Of a stretch of 64,000 bases of DNA, positions 25,614-40,153 are shown in pieces. The stretch covers positions 17,672,001 to 17,736,000 of the forward strand of contig NC_086109.1 of the NCBI RefSeq assembly GCF_963921235.1. The letters are read 5' to 3'. The notes under the pieces were generated by a model. The model was not told where the DNA came from and ran no database searches. It saw only the letters and a list, made by a program, of their open reading frames with translations. Each line of letters starts with the position of its first letter. Positions within the stretch are counted from its first letter, which is position 1. A program made the translations under genes and the position numbers. Origin of the DNA: Mobula hypostoma. Lineage: Eukaryota.

Positions 25614-28600
25614 GGCATTGAAGCAGTTGTCCATCCCTGGCGCTTCTCCGTTATGTGGTCCACCAAAGGGCCATGTGACCAATACGAACCTGGTTTTAGC
25701 TACAGCAATCCATCCTGCAGTAACTGGTGCAATGCTCCCAGACAACACAAAGAATGCCACAACTGTAAAGAAGAAACCAAGATGTGGTTACCGGCAACTT
25801 ATAAATGGGGCAAGACCCTTCACTCCATTTTCCTTGCCTGAACTCATTCTGACATACAGTTCTAGGAGGGGGAAGGTGTCTCTATCTTTACCCAAACCAT
25901 CCCTGTTAAGACGTGAGCCTGTGCTGTGAATCCCACTTATGAACTAATTTATTATTTACCTGTATACTTAGCAATACAGAGCGGAGTAGGCCCTTCTGGC
26001 CCTTCAAACTACACCACCCAGCAACCCCCAAATTAACTCTAGCCTAATCATGGGACAATTTACAGACCAATTAACCTACCAACTCCCTTTGGACTGTGGG
26101 AGGAAACCGGAGCACCCAGAGGAAACCCACACATTCCACGGGGGAGGACATACACACTCCTTACAGAACTGTCCTGGGAATGAACCCTGCCCCCAACCCC
26201 GAGCTGTAACAGTGTCACACTAACCACCACTGTGGGGCTGGATGATACTTTCACCTGGTGGTTGGATACCCTTTATAGCAAGGCTCACTGAGCGACAGTC
26301 CAAAGCAGGAACCAGTGTTCGGGGGGTGGGGGGGGGAAGCTGTTGCTTCTTTCTCATTTAGACCCAACTATTGCATCCCAGAAAGCTCAAAGGTGAGTGG
26401 GAGTGTCACTGTTAACTCCACAAGCTAGGTGGCTCAGCCACCAATGGGGACTATAACCAAACCTCAGTGCTTTGGAGAGATACTTTCAGTTTCATTGCTT
26501 ACATTACTCTGGAAGCAACACACAAAATCGCTGAAGGGACTCAGAGGCTGAGGCAGCATCGATGGTGGATCTCACAATCTCCTGCAGGACTCCCTGATAG
26601 CTATCGGACACTGCACAGTCCATCGCAGGAAAAGCCTTCCCCACCATTGAGCACGCCAAGAAGGAGTACTGCCATAAGAAAGCAGTGCCCATCAACAAGG
26701 ACCCCCACCATCCAGGCCACGTTCTCTTGATGGCTGCTGCCCTACCACGGGGAGGGAGGTACAGGAGCCTTAGGTCCTGCACCAGGTTCAGAACCAGTCA
26801 TTCCCTTCAACCAATTTAACCAATTTTCCCCCGGGATCAATAAAGTATGACTATGAACTGTCAGGCTCTCGAACCAGCATGGGCAACTTCACTCACCCCA
26901 AATGGTGGAATGAACACTGAACACAACCCATGGACTCACTTTCAGGACTCTGCAACTCTTGTTCTTAGTATTATTTACCTAGTTCTGTTTTATTTTTGCA
27001 TTTTGTCTTCCTTTGCACATTGTTTGCTTGTCAGTGTTTTTAGTTTTTTTATTGATTCTATTGTATTTCTTTGTTCTACTGCGAATGCCTGCAAGGAAAC
27101 TAATCCCAGGGTAGTGAATGGTAAGACATACTGTACGTACTTTGATAATAAATTAACTTTGAACTTTGGAGTTTTGGGGAAAATGAAGAGGAGACATTTC
27201 AGGTCAAGACTGGAAGGAGGAGAGATAGCCAATATAAAAAAATGGTGGATGGAAGAAATAGAATAAGAGCTGGCAGGTGATAAGCATCTTAGTTCAAATG
27301 TTCTGTTCTTGAAGAAGTATATTTTTTTGTGTGATGCTTCTTCCTGTGATAGGTAGGTAAGCTAAATCAAGGAATAGAATTGAAATGCAGAGCAGATATT
27401 TCTAAAGTGCCAAGTCTTGATTCTGATTTCCATCAAATGAGATACGGATCTGACTGGAAATCATAAATACAAGAGATTCTGCAGATGCTGGCAAATCTTG
27501 GCCAATACACACAAAATGCTGGAGGAACTCAGTAAGTCGGACAGCATCTATCAAGGGCAATAAACAGTCTCGGCCTGAAATGTCAGCTGTTTAGTCCCTT
27601 CCATAGATGCTGCCTGGCTTGCTGAATTTCTCCAACAGTTTGCGTGCATTGTTCGGGCTGGGGTGCTTTTTCACTGGAAATGCAAAGGCCACAGAGTGAC
27701 TTAGTATCGAGGCTGAAAATTGAAGGGATTTTAAGAAAGTAAATATTTGGTACGTATTTCCATTGACAAAAGAAGTCCAAATCAGAGTTCCTCAGCCTAA
27801 GGCCGTGACCAACATGTCTAATGTGGAACTCAGGAGAAATTGTTTTAACCAAAGAGGCAAGATGTGGAATTCATCGTCACAGAGAGTGGAGCAGGCAAAT
27901 TGCAACAGAGGCATTTGCAACTGGAGGAACAGCCTGTTGAGCAGCATCTGTGGGGGGGGGGAGGGGTAAGGAAACTTTGACTTATTGGGCAGAAGCTACA
28001 TAAGCCTGAAGTCTCATCAGATGCGAGAACAGCAATTTCCCTTCAATCATTTTTCTTGAATGAACTTGCACAACTCAAATCACTGTGGTTCTGTTACACC
28101 ATGGCCACTTTAATCACGTTACACTAAGCTAGACTTCGTGATTTTTTTCCCGCTAATTATGTTCTTCCTTGTAAAATTTTTGTGTGTGACTTATGCTTAC
28201 GTTTTCCTTGTGAATATTGTGTAGCTGATACTATTCACCTGTGCTGCTGATGCATTGTACCCATGCATACATGCACTTGACAAGAAACTCAAGTTTGACT
28301 TTTTTTTAACTCCACAGATGATGCTCAACCCTCCCAGTTCCTTAGAAAATTGTTGCCCAAGATTGCAGAGTCTGCAGTCCCTCATGCCTCCACATGAGGC
28401 TGGATAAATAAGCGAAAGGACTGGGTAAGTTATGGTGGTAGGAAAGTTAAGACCAGCATGGACATGTTGGACTGAAGAATCTCTTTTAGTGTACTTAATG
28501 TGACAATGTAAACTTAGACCTGCCCTGCAAGAGTCAAAGAATGGAATAATTTGCAATTATATCTCCCCCTTGATGACCTCTGGGAAATCACTAAGCGTTT

Positions 28601-29809
28601 TGAAGTATGGTCACTGTGGTAACATTTAAAATGTGGCAGTCAATTTGTGCAGAGCAAACTGCCATAACAGCAAACATCTAGGGAGCAGTTTTAATAATGT
28701 CTGCAGAACAGAAAATATAGTTGAGATAACATCTGCTTCCCTTTTCAAATAACGTTATGGAAGACCAATATGAGTAAAACCCTCTCCACTACTGAGCTCA
28801 TTTACACGGAGCGTTGTCGCAGGAAAACAGCATCCATCATCAGGGACCCCCCACCACCCAGGACATGCTGTCTTCTCAGTGCTGCCATCAGGAAGAAAGT
28901 ACAGGAGCCTCAGGACTCACACCACCAGGTTCAGGAACAGTATTACCCCTCAACCATCAGGCTCTTGAACCAAAGGGGATATCTTTTTTCAACTTCACTT
29001 GCCTCATTCAACTGTTCCCACAACCTATGGACTCACTTTCAAGGAATCTTCATCTCATGCTCTCGATATTTATTGCTTATTTATTCATCATTATTATTAT
29101 TATTTCCTTTTTTCTTTCTTTTTGTATTGTCACAGTTTGTTGTCTTTTGCACTCTGATTGGATACCCTGTTGAGTGCAGTCTTTCACTGATTCTTTTACG
29201 GTTATTGGATGTGAGTATGCCCGTAAGAAAATGAATCTCAGACTTGTAGATGGTGGCATATGTGTACTTTAATAAATTTTCTTTGAAACAGGCCATGATG
29301 CAACCAGCCAGGATAACTTCCACTGTGCATCTAGAGAAATGTGTCAAAGTTTTTGATGATGTCAAATCTATGCAAACTTTTAAGGAAGTAGAGGTGATGA
29401 CGTTTACATGCTGAAACTAAGAACAGATCCTTTAGTATGTTAATATATGAGACCAGATGAAGGGTGTTGTGTATTTAGTGTATTAGTAATATTTGTGTAA
29501 TATTGTAAATATATTACTTGATTAAGCATTCTTTGTTTGCTAACATAATTCATTACAAGTTATATATAAGTATTACGTGAATTGTATATGTCATTTTGCC
29601 ACTGCGTCACACGTGTGTGCCTCACTAAAGTAAAACAAAGTAGACATGTTTGTGCCCGGCTCTCATATTTTTCTTTCGATTAATTTCTCTAGAAGAGAGA
29701 ATATACTTAAGATAACGCCTGCTTTCCTTCAAATAATCTTATGGAACCTTCACCTCCTGTCTGGGAAGACCGGTATGGTTAAAGCCCTCCCCACCATTGA
29801 GGGCAGAAG

Positions 29810-31370
29810 CACGATGAGAAAAAGCAAGAAGCACCATGGACAAAGAATTTTGTAGAATTACTGAATAGACAACCACCAGATGAAGACATACAAGAGGCAG
29901 CAGAGGTTCTCAACATCAACTAAAGGACAGCAAATCTCTGGGACATGACAATTTGAATGCCAAGCTGTTTAAAGCTGAACCAAAAGTGGTAGCAGCCATC
30001 CTGCAACCACTGTTTACTACCATCTGGAAATGGGGACAAGTACCCAAGGACTGGACAAGGAGAGTAATTGTTAGAATTCCCAAGAAAGGAGAGCTAAGTG
30101 ATAGCAAAAACTGGCATTGCACCACAGTTCTGTCAGTGCCCGGCAAAATTCTTGCCAAAGTCATTGTCCAATGGATTACAAATGCTACTGATGTGTGCTT
30201 GAGGAAGAAGCAAGCTGGCTTCAGGAAGAACAGAGGCTGTGTCGACCAGATCTTCACAATGCGTAGCAATATAGAGCAGTGCACAGTGGCAGAGACAACT
30301 CTTGAAAAGGCTCTTGACAGCATCTACAGGGAGGGTCTCTGGAGAATTCTCAGATCATATGTGATTCCCTGCAAAATTGTTCAGTTCATCCGGAGATCCT
30401 GTGCTAACTTCACCTGCACAGTTGAGTACAGCAACTTGAGCTTTGTAGTCAAGACAGGAGTCAGGCAAGGCTGTGTGATGTTGGTGATATTATTTAACCT
30501 GGTGATTGACTGGGCTATGAGGCAAACAACAGGAGGAAAGCAGAGAGGCAATAGGTTCACTCTGTTCACTACTTTGGAAGACCTTGACTTTGTGGGTGAC
30601 CTTGCATTAATTTCACATACACACCAGCATATGCAAGAGGAAACTTAGCACCTGCGTGGCTTTGGTGGCCAGGTTGAACTCAGACTCAGCCCGAGAAAGC
30701 GTGAGACCATGACCCTCAAAGCAGAGTCTCCTCCTCCCATCAAGATATTCGGCATCAACACCCAGCACCAGCAGATTCATCTACCTGGGCAGCATCATTT
30801 GGCAAGGTAGTGCGATGGAGGACGACATTCAGCAAAGACTCAGCAACACTAGAAATCTTTCAGAACAATGAACAACATAAGGGGATAACTAAGTACAGCA
30901 TCCACATCAAGGGCAAGCTTGTCCCAGAGATGTGCTCTGTCCACTCTCTTGTATGGGTCAGAATGCTGGTCCATGACAGAGAGCGACCTTGCTAAGCTAC
31001 CGTCATTTCACAACACGGCCCTCCGAAAGTCACTCTGTGTCTTCTGACCAAGAAACATCTCCAGCCATGCTCTACACCTTCAGTATCATCAACAGAACAT
31101 GGCCACAATCATCATGACACTTTGGAGATGGATTTGGCACATGATGAGAAGAGAGGCCAACTTCATTATCAAAACAGCGCTTTACTGGATCCCTGAAGGG
31201 CGGCGGAAAAGTGGACGACCAAATACAACTTGGCACTGTAATGTAGAGGCAGAAATGAGGACCATGAACACACCTGGGGCACAATAGAGAAGATGGCTAA
31301 GGACGGACAGAAGTGGAGGACCTTCATTGCATCTCTAAATGCCAGCCAGTGTAACAGGCAGTTAAGTAAA
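29810..31370 (+). mobile_element. 5'-truncated RTE-clade LINE
   Basis: IPKKGELSDSKNW, LSVPGKILAKVI, LRKKQAGFRKNRGCVDQIFTMR, GVRQGCVM, LEDLDFVGDLAL, PEGRRKSGRPNTTW; taag-like tail. Confidence 0.88.
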
Positions 31371-31709
31371 TAGAGGTTTATTCTTATCTAGGGAAGGAAG
31401 TACTTGCTTGCTGGGTGTGGAACAAAGCTTCATTCTGCTGACTGATTCTAGGGATGGTCAATCCAAGAACAATTGATAAGGATACCCCTGTATTCCATGA
31501 AATTCAGAAAAATGAGAAAAGGTCTCACTGAAGCAAGGGAATTGATGGCAAAGATGCTAAGAGAATGTTGGGCTGCATAACTGGGACACACAAGCTTCAA
31601 AGTTAGGATGGAGGCGAGTAGAAATTTGTTCAGTCAAATGGTGGGGGAACTTTGAATTTTTAAGTCTTTAATGCAAAGACTTATGGATGCTCTAATCATC
31701 CATTATATG

Positions 31710-32430
31710 AGCAAGCTACATCAACTGGCTGAGATTTGTCACAATAATGACCTTGCACTCAATGTCAGCAAGACTAAGGACTTGATTGCGGACTTCTGAA
31801 GTGGAAGTCCGAAGAACACACATAATCAAGGAATCAGGAGTGATAAGGATGAGCAACTTCAAGTTCCTGAACACCAACATCTCAGCAGATTTGTCATGGG
31901 TCCAAAACATTGATGCACTCTCGAAGAAGCCTCAACAGTGGCTCTATGTCACTACAGGCTTGAGGAAATTTGTTATGTCAAAGACTAGCAAATGTCTACA
32001 GATGTACCACAAGAGCATTCTAACGGTTCTACCACCATCTGATGTGGAGCCTCCAACATCCAGGATCAAAAAGGAGTGTAGAGTGTTGTAAATTCATCCA
32101 ACTCCATCATGGGCACAACCCTTTCCACAGTTGAGGAGGTCTTCAAAAGGCCGTGCTTCAGTGAAGGCAGCATCCATTATTAAGGACCCTCACCATCCAA
32201 GGCATGCCCTCTTTCTCTTTACTACACACCAGGGAGGAGGTATGGGAACTTGGAAACCTACAGTCAATGTTTTAGGAACAGCTTCTTCCACTCTGCTGTC
32301 AGGTTTCTGAATGGTCCAGGAACATTACAATAATAGTAATAGTCCCCTTTTGCACTATTATTTTTGTAACACAGCAGAACTGTACTGTACTGCTGCCACA
32401 ACACAGCATATTTCATGACAATTGCCAGTG
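31710..32430 (+). mobile_element. Rex1/Babar-type LINE 3' fragment
   Basis: NNDLALNVSKTK- and FKFL-like motifs plus the shared 3' end. Similar 3' fragments lie at about 1300-1625, 15500-15860, 22640-23260, 26600-27170, 28770-29285, 34380-35035, 40155-40560, 42830-43375 and 61510-61914. Confidence 0.7.
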
Positions 32431-35400
32431 AGGAGACCATAAGACATAGGAGCAGAATTAGGCAATTTGGCCCATCGAGTTTGTTCTGCCAGTTAATCAT
32501 GGCTGCTCCTTTTTTCCCCTCCTCAGCCTGATTCTGATTCTGACTTGGAAAGTGCAGTTGAGGAGGATGATTATTCATGGTTATATTGAAAGGCAGGACA
32601 AGTTCAAAAGGCCAAATGACCTGCTACTACTTCCTCATGCATGTACTGCCTTCACGTACTATATTCTCCCAGTGCAAGATGGTACTCTGTGGATTTCCAA
32701 AGCTTCAGTTTGAATCCAAGGGAAATACCTCAGTTCCTACGTTAGTTAGACTGTACTAGGTCACATTATATTAACAAAGGCAGCATTATGCCTCATAAAG
32801 TTCCCGCTTTTCAGTAGTTATATCTAGCAACAACGAGGAGTCTTAGCAACAGCTCATCTCACATGATGAGCTTCTGTAACCAGGCAACAAAATCAGATTT
32901 AATAACCTGCACTTCTCTGCTGAATAATCCTGTCACATGTAAAACTCATCTGCAGGGGACAAACTCTTGTATTCTTGTGATTCAGGGATTTGCAATTTGC
33001 ATCTTCACTGAAGAACTGAATTTGTCGGCTGATTTTCAGAGCTGTGCTCAACAAGGTCTCCACATAATGTATGGTCAGGCTGACTTCTGTTGGACTTCAC
33101 CTCACTTACGCGGTGAAATGCTTGCTGAACCAGCATGGGCAATTTCACTCAGCTCAAAGCTGACCTGATTTCACAACCTATGAACTTACTTTCAAGAATT
33201 CTACAACTCATAGAACATAGAAATCTACAGCACATTACAGGCCCTTCAGCCTACAATGTTGTGCCAACCATGTAACCTACTCTAGAATCTGCCTAGAATT
33301 ACTCTACCACATAGTCCTCTATTTTTCTAAGCTCCATGTACCTATCTAAGGGTCTCTTAAAAGACCCTATCGTATCCACCTCCACCACCATCGCCAGCAG
33401 TCCATTCCATGCACCCACCACTCTCTGTGTGAAAAACTTACCCCAGATGTCACCTCTGTACCCACTTCCAAGCACCTTAAAACTATGTCCCCTCGTGTTA
33501 GCCGTTTCAGCTTTGGGAAAAAGCCTCTGCCTATCTAACTCATGTTCCCAATAATATTTACTTGTAAATTGACTTTGAATTTAGAAATATCTGAACTTTG
33601 AATGGGTCATCCTCACTAGCCCCATGAGAAGGCAAAGCCAGGTTCACGCTCTGAACCTTGCAGTCACCTTTGTTCAGAATCGTTTACAAATATACTTCCT
33701 AGGTGGGGAGGGGAGGGAGGGAACGTCGACTCAGACCATGAGAGGTCTAGATTGGAAGTCTGTGTGGGGCACCACTCCTCGCACAGACACTACAGCAATG
33801 TGTGATTAAGTATCTTGCTCAAGGATACAAACACACTGCCACAGCTGAGGCTCGAACGAGCAACCTTGAGATCACCAGATGAACGCCTTAACCACTTGGC
33901 CACGTGCCCACACGTCTTTTACGTCCTAGGTACAAGGCCAAAAAGAGGTACTCCGTCCGCTTTTGGTGCAGGATGGACAGAGAGCTAAAAGTTGTTCTTC
34001 AATTCTCAGCCATAGTGACCATTCATAGCATGCAAGTCTACGTACAGAACATCTGGAGGGTTCACATCACAAGTCCAATTTTGCCCTCCCCTGCCTCCCA
34101 TACAGACTTGAAGGCAAAAGAGACTGCAGATGCTAGAACCTGGAGCAATACACAAAATGCTGGAGGAACCCAGATGAATAGGGAAGCAGCTATGAAGAGA
34201 AACAGACAGTTCTGAAACCCTTAATCTGGACTCTAGGTGAGGTGTCAGTCAACTGTTCATTTCCCTCCATAAGATGCCGTCTGACCCACTGAGCTTCTTC
34301 AGCACCTTGTTTTTTGTGCCAATTCAGACTTGCTTGCCAAGGCACATTAGGCGTTGCGATGGTGTAGCCCTCGAGAGCTCAAAATTCAAAGCAAATTTAT
34401 TATCGAAGCACATATGGGTTACTGTACACTACGTTGAGATTCCTTTCCTTGCATGAAAAAACGTACAATACAATTTTGCAAAAAAACTATACATAAATAG
34501 ACGAAGATCATCAAACAGCCATTGTGGAAATACAAATAATGCCAAGAACATGAACTGTCAATAGTCCTTGAAAGTGAGACTGTAGGTCATAGAATCAGTT
34601 CATAGTGGTGATGGTTCAGGAGCCAGATGGTTGTAAGGTAATAACTGTCCCTGAAGCTGATGGTGCAGGACTTAAAGCTTCTGTATCTCCTGCCCAATAG
34701 TAGTAGCGAGAAGAGAGCAAGGTTGGATGGCGGGGTCTTTGATGATGAACACTGCTTTCTTGTGGCAGCGTTCCATGTAAATGTGCTCAATGGTGGGGAA
34801 GGCTTTGCCTGTGACAGACTGGGCCATATCCATCACCTTCTGTAGCCTTTTCCATACCTGGGCACTGGGATTTCCATACCAGGCCATGACGTAACCAACC
34901 AGGATAACTTCCACTGTGCACCTAGAGAAATGTGTCAAAGTTTTTGAAGACATGTCGAATCTACGCAAACTTTTAAAGAAGTAGAGGTTACGACATTTAC
35001 GTGCTGAAACTAAGAACAGATCCTTTGGTATGTTAACCGCAAGGAAAGGAGTTCAAATCCCACTCTGATGCCTTCGGAATTTCTCATTTAGTTTTAGCTA
35101 TAACACAATTATAAAAAAAAACAGCGAAACCATTGGAATAAAATAACAGGTATGTTGTGAATTATTTTGTTCTATCCCAGACTAGTTCCATACTATAAAT
35201 TCAGTGGTATTCTCAGAATAGGATTCTGCATGTTGCTGATGGGACTTCAGTGATTTGCTAATGATTCCATAAATTTAGTTTCTCAAACCCCCATATACAC
35301 TTATTCTTCTGAAAGTATTTCTCTAACAAGCTATCAGAGTTATAAATGTCAGTTATATCTGACCCATTTTGTGCAGAAGCTATTGTTGGAACTCCAGTTG

Positions 35401-35861
35401 CTGTAAAATTGGGATAAAGCATGAATCATTCTGCTGCTGTCACAGAGAGAGAAAAGTTACAACGCACGATGAAGCAACTGCTTCAGCCACAATTAATAAA
35501 TGAAAACTTTCAAATAAATCTTCCTTAAATGGCTTAAACTTGATTAGCTTCACATTGGCTTGTTGAGTGCATCTTGTGAGTTACTAAGCCATAAAACTCC
35601 AGAGGCCGCAGCTTTAATCAATAATTAAGGACGGATTCACAAGTCCTTCCACCACAAACAGCAGTGTCTTGCTGGGAATGGAACCATAACTACGAGATGG
35701 TCACAAGCACACTGATCTCAGCAGCTTGGAAATTTACATCACAAATTAGTGACTGGGGGCATATAATCTGAACATCCATTTCTGCACAGTACTGAGAGCG
35801 TGCTGCATTGACAGATGAGCTGCCACTAGATGAGACATTGAGCTATCTATGAGTCTTGTCA

Positions 35862-37080
35862 GAATCAGAATTAGGTTTAATGTCAATGGCACATGTCCTG
35901 AAATTTGTTACTTTGTGGCTGCAGTGCATTGCAATATATTAAGTGTGAAAATAGAGCAAAATATAGTCAGGTAGTGTACATTGGTTCATTGTCTATTCAT
36001 AAATACGATGGTGGAGGGAAGAGTCTGTTCCTGAAACGTTGAGTCTAAGTCTTCAGGCTCCTGCACCTCCTCCCTGATGGTAGCAATGAGAAGAGAGCAG
36101 GTACCGGGCGATGGGGGTCCTTAATATTTGCATTTACACTGTTTATTGTTCATTGATCCTGTTTACAGTTACTTCTCTGTGGATTTGATAAGTGTGCCCA
36201 CAGGAAAATAACTTTTTGAGGCATCACCTTCTGAAGGTGTCCTCAATGCTTGGGAGGTTAGTGCCCATGATGGAGCTAGCTGAGTTTACAACTTTCTGCA
36301 GCTTTTTCCTGATCCTGTGCATGGCCCCTCTGCACGTGACAGTGAAGCAACCAGATAGAACGTTCTCCACGGTACGTCTGTAGAAATTTGCGAGACACTT
36401 TGGTGACATACTGCATCTTCTCAGACTCCTAATGAAATATAACTGCTGTCATGCTTTCTTGTAGTTGCATCAATACTGTTAGATCCTCAAAGATGTTGAT
36501 ATCCAGGAATTTGAAACTGTTCACCCTTTCCACTGTTGATCCCTCCATGAAGACTGGTGTGTGTTCCCTCGATTCCCCCTCTCTGACGTCCACAATCAAT
36601 TCCTTGGTCTTATTGATGTTGAGTGCAAGGTTGTTGCTGCGTTACCTCTCAACTAGCGGATCTACTTCACTCCTGTACACCTCGTCATCATCTGAAATTC
36701 TGCAAACAGTAGTCATGCCATCAGCAAATTTGCAGACGGCGTCTGAGCTATGTCTAGCCACACAGCCGTGGGTGTAGACAGAGTAGAGCAGTGGGCTGAG
36801 CGTTGGTTGAGATGTGCCAATTGTTGGTGGTCAGCGAGGAGGGGATGTTATCTCCGATCCGCACTGACTGTGGTCTCTTGGTGAGGAAGTCAAGGATCCA
36901 GTTGGAGGGGGAGGTGCAGAGGCCCAGGTTTTGGCACTTGTTGATTGGAACTGATGGTGTGAAGGTGTTGAACACTGAGCTGTAGTCAACAAACAGCAGC
37001 CTGACGTAGGTGTTGCTATTGTCCAGATGATCCAAGGACAAGTGGAAAGCCAGCGCGACTGCAATCACTGTAAATTACTG
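35862..37080 (-). mobile_element. Rex1/Babar-type LINE fragment
   Basis: [38 protein letters not shown]; tail aaacctaattctgattctga. Confidence 0.8.
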
Positions 37081-37089
37081 TGGCAATAA

Positions 37090-38990
37090 GCAAAGTTCAG
37101 AGTAAAATTTATTATCAAAGTACATATATGTCACCACATACAACCCTGAGGTCCTTTTTCCTGGGAGCATACTCAGTACATCTATAGAACAGAAACTGTC
37201 AACAGGAAAGAGCAAGTAGAGACAGGAAAGAGCAAGTAGAGCATAGGAAACAACAAACTGCGCAAATGCAAATATAAATAAATATCAATAAATAACAAAA
37301 GCATGAAATGACAAGATAAAGAGCCCTCAAAGTGAGATCACTGATTGTGGGAACACCAGAAATAGAATGAGTGTAATTATACTCTTTGGTTCAAGAGCCT
37401 GATGGTTGAGGGGTAATAACTGTTCTTGAACCTGGTGGTACGTGATGGCAACAGTGAGAAAAGAGCATGGGCTGCGTGGTAAGGATATTTGAGGATAGAT
37501 ATTGCTCTTTTATGACAACGTTTCATGTAGATGTGCTTAATGGTTGGAAGGGCTTTACCCATGATGTACTGGGCCGAGTCCACTACCTTTTGTATGTTTT
37601 TCCATTCTAAGGCATTGGTGTTCCTGTACCAGCCTGTAATGCAGCCAGTCAATATTCTTTCCACCACACATCCATGGAAGTTTGTCAAGCTTTTTGATGA
37701 CGTGCCAAATCTCCACAGATTCCTAAGGATGTAGAGGCACTGTTGTACTCTCTTTGCAATTACATTTATATGATGGGCTCGGGACAGGTCCTCTGAGATA
37801 GAGATACCTAGGAAATTAAAGTTACTGACTCTCTCCACCTCAGCTCTTCCGATGAGTACTGGCTCATGGACCTCTGATTTTCTTCTCCTGAAGTATCCAA
37901 TCAGCTCCCTGGTTTTGCTGACATTGAGTGAGAGGCAGTTGTTATGACACCACTCAGCCAAATTTTCAATCTCCCTCCTGTATACTGATTCATCACCACC
38001 TTTTATACAGCCCACAACAGTGGTGTCATCAGTGAATTTATATATGGTGTTGGAGCTGTACTTAAGTACACAGTCATTGGTGTAAAGCTAGTACAGCGGT
38101 GGGGGGGGGCAGGTGTGAGGGGTGGGGGTGGGGAAGAGTGTAAGCAAACAGTCCTGTGGTGTTCCTGTGCTGATGGAGATTGTGGAGGAGATGCTTTTGC
38201 CAATCTGGACTGACTGGGGTCTGAGAGAAAATCCAGGGTCCAATTGCACAAGGGGATATTGAGGCCCAGGTCTTGGATTTTATTGATTAGTTTTGAGGGA
38301 TGATGATATTAAATGCTGCGCTGTAATTGATAAAGAGCATCCTGATGTATGCATCCTTGCTGTCCAGATATTCCAGGGTTGTGTGAAGAGCCAATGAAAT
38401 GGCATCTGCTGTGGACCTGTTGCTTCGGTAGACGACTTGGAGACGATCCAAGTCGCCACTCAGACAGGAGCTATGTTTCAACACCAGCATACTGCAGTGG
38501 GTCCAGGTCCTTGCTTAGGTAAGAGTTGATTCTGGACATGACCAACCTCTCAAAGCACTTCATCACAGTAGCTATAAGTGCCACTGGACAATAGTCATTA
38601 AGGCTGTGCATCCTGGTCTTCTCGGGCACTGCTGTGATAGTCATCCTTTTGAAGAAGGTGGGAACCTCCGATTTCAGCAGTGAGAGATTGAAGATATCCA
38701 GGAACACTCCCACCGGTTGGCTAGCACAGCTTTTCAGAGGCCTGCTAGATACACCATCAGGGCCTGAGGCCTTGCGAGGGTTCAATCTTTTGAAAGGTGT
38801 GCTGATATCGGCCTCCTAAACAGAGACCATAGGGACACCAGGTGCTACAGGTATAGTTTGATTCTCCCTTTCAAATTATACATAAAAGGTGTTGCGCTCA
38901 TCTGGGAGAGAAGCATCATGGCATTCACGATGTTAGGCTTTGCCTTTTCGGAAGCAATGGCCTGCCAGAGTAGAGTGCATTCATTTCTGT
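37090..38990 (-). mobile_element. Rex1/Babar-type LINE fragment(s), possibly chimeric
   Basis: PRKASGPDGV, NDYCPVAL, MKCFERLV, RSTADAISLALH, WCHNNCLSLNVSKTRELI. Confidence 0.85.
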
Positions 38991-39111
38991 GTCTAACTTA
39001 TATCCCTAAACATCCCTGGCCTGATTTTGAGGAGATTACGTATGTTACATAACTCTGAGTTAAGTAGTCATATTAGAATTAACACATTAAGATTCTAGCA
39101 AATTACTGCAG

Positions 39112-40153
39112 ATTTATTTATTTATTTATTTGTTTTCTTGCATCCAAGGGAGTAAAAATCTTTATGTTGCATCTCCGTTGCAAAGTACAAGCAAAATAAA
39201 AGGGGAAATGTGGGAGGATATTACCCAAACGCTAAGCTAGTATACATAATTGTTTTGTACACATGTATGTATAGTCAGATCAATGTACAGTCAGATATGC
39301 AATCAGATCAATGTGTATTGATAAATCTGATGGCCTGATGAAAGAAGCTGTCCCGTAGCTCGTTGGTCTGGGCTTTAATGCTGTGGTACCGTTTGCCAGA
39401 CGGAAGCAGCTGAAACGGTTTGTGGTTGGGCTGGCTGGAGTCCCTGATGATCCTCCGGGCTCTTTTTACATACCTGCTGCTATAAACGTCCTGAATAGAG
39501 GAAAGTTCACATTCACAGATCGCTGGGCTGTCCACGCCACTCTCTGCAGTGCCCTGCGGTTGAAGGTAGTACAGTTCCTGTAGCAGGCGATGACACAGCC
39601 AGTCATGGTGCTCTTGATGGTGTCCCTGTAGAAAGTCCTGAGGATCTGGGGACTCATGCCAAACTTCTTCAACCGTCTGAGGTGAAAGAGGCGCTGTTGT
39701 GCTTTTTTCACCACACAACTGGTATCTACAGTCCAATCCTTGGCGATGTGTATACCGAGGAACTTGAAACCACTCACCCTCTCAACTACAGTCCCATTGA
39801 TGTCAATAGGGGCTAACCTGTCTCCATTCCTCCTATAATCCTTGATCAATTCCTTCGTTTTTTTGACATTGAGGGAGAGGTTGTTCTCTTGGCACCACTG
39901 TGTCAGGGTGCAGGCTGTTTCATCATTGTTGGAAATAAGGCCTAATAATGTCATGTCATCTGCAAATTTGAACAGCAGATTGGAGCTGTGTGTGGCAACA
40001 CAGTCGTGAGTGTATAGGGAGGGTGCTCATGACACAGCCCTTGGGGGGGGTGGCTCCTGTGTTGAGGGTCAGAGGGGCAGAGGTGAGGGAGCCCACTCTT
40101 ACCACCTGCCGGCAATCTGACAGGAAGCCCAGGATCCAGCTGCACAAGGCAGA
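39112..40153 (-). mobile_element. 5'-truncated Rex1/Babar-type LINE
   Basis: Close relative of 4510-5534 (WCQENNLSLNVKKTKELI, KKAQQRLFHLRRLKKF); (TAAA)n tail at 39112-39131. Confidence 0.85.

Noticed and set aside
25614..25760. 49-aa N-terminal extension shown in the ORF track
   Set aside because: Starts at a GTG and has no kelch similarity; more likely 5'UTR (only the 7-aa ATG extension is kept as a possibility).
29465..29717. Possible short solo LTR (tgttgtg...ataacg)
   Set aside because: The 3' terminus is not CA and no TSD is visible; cannot be supported.
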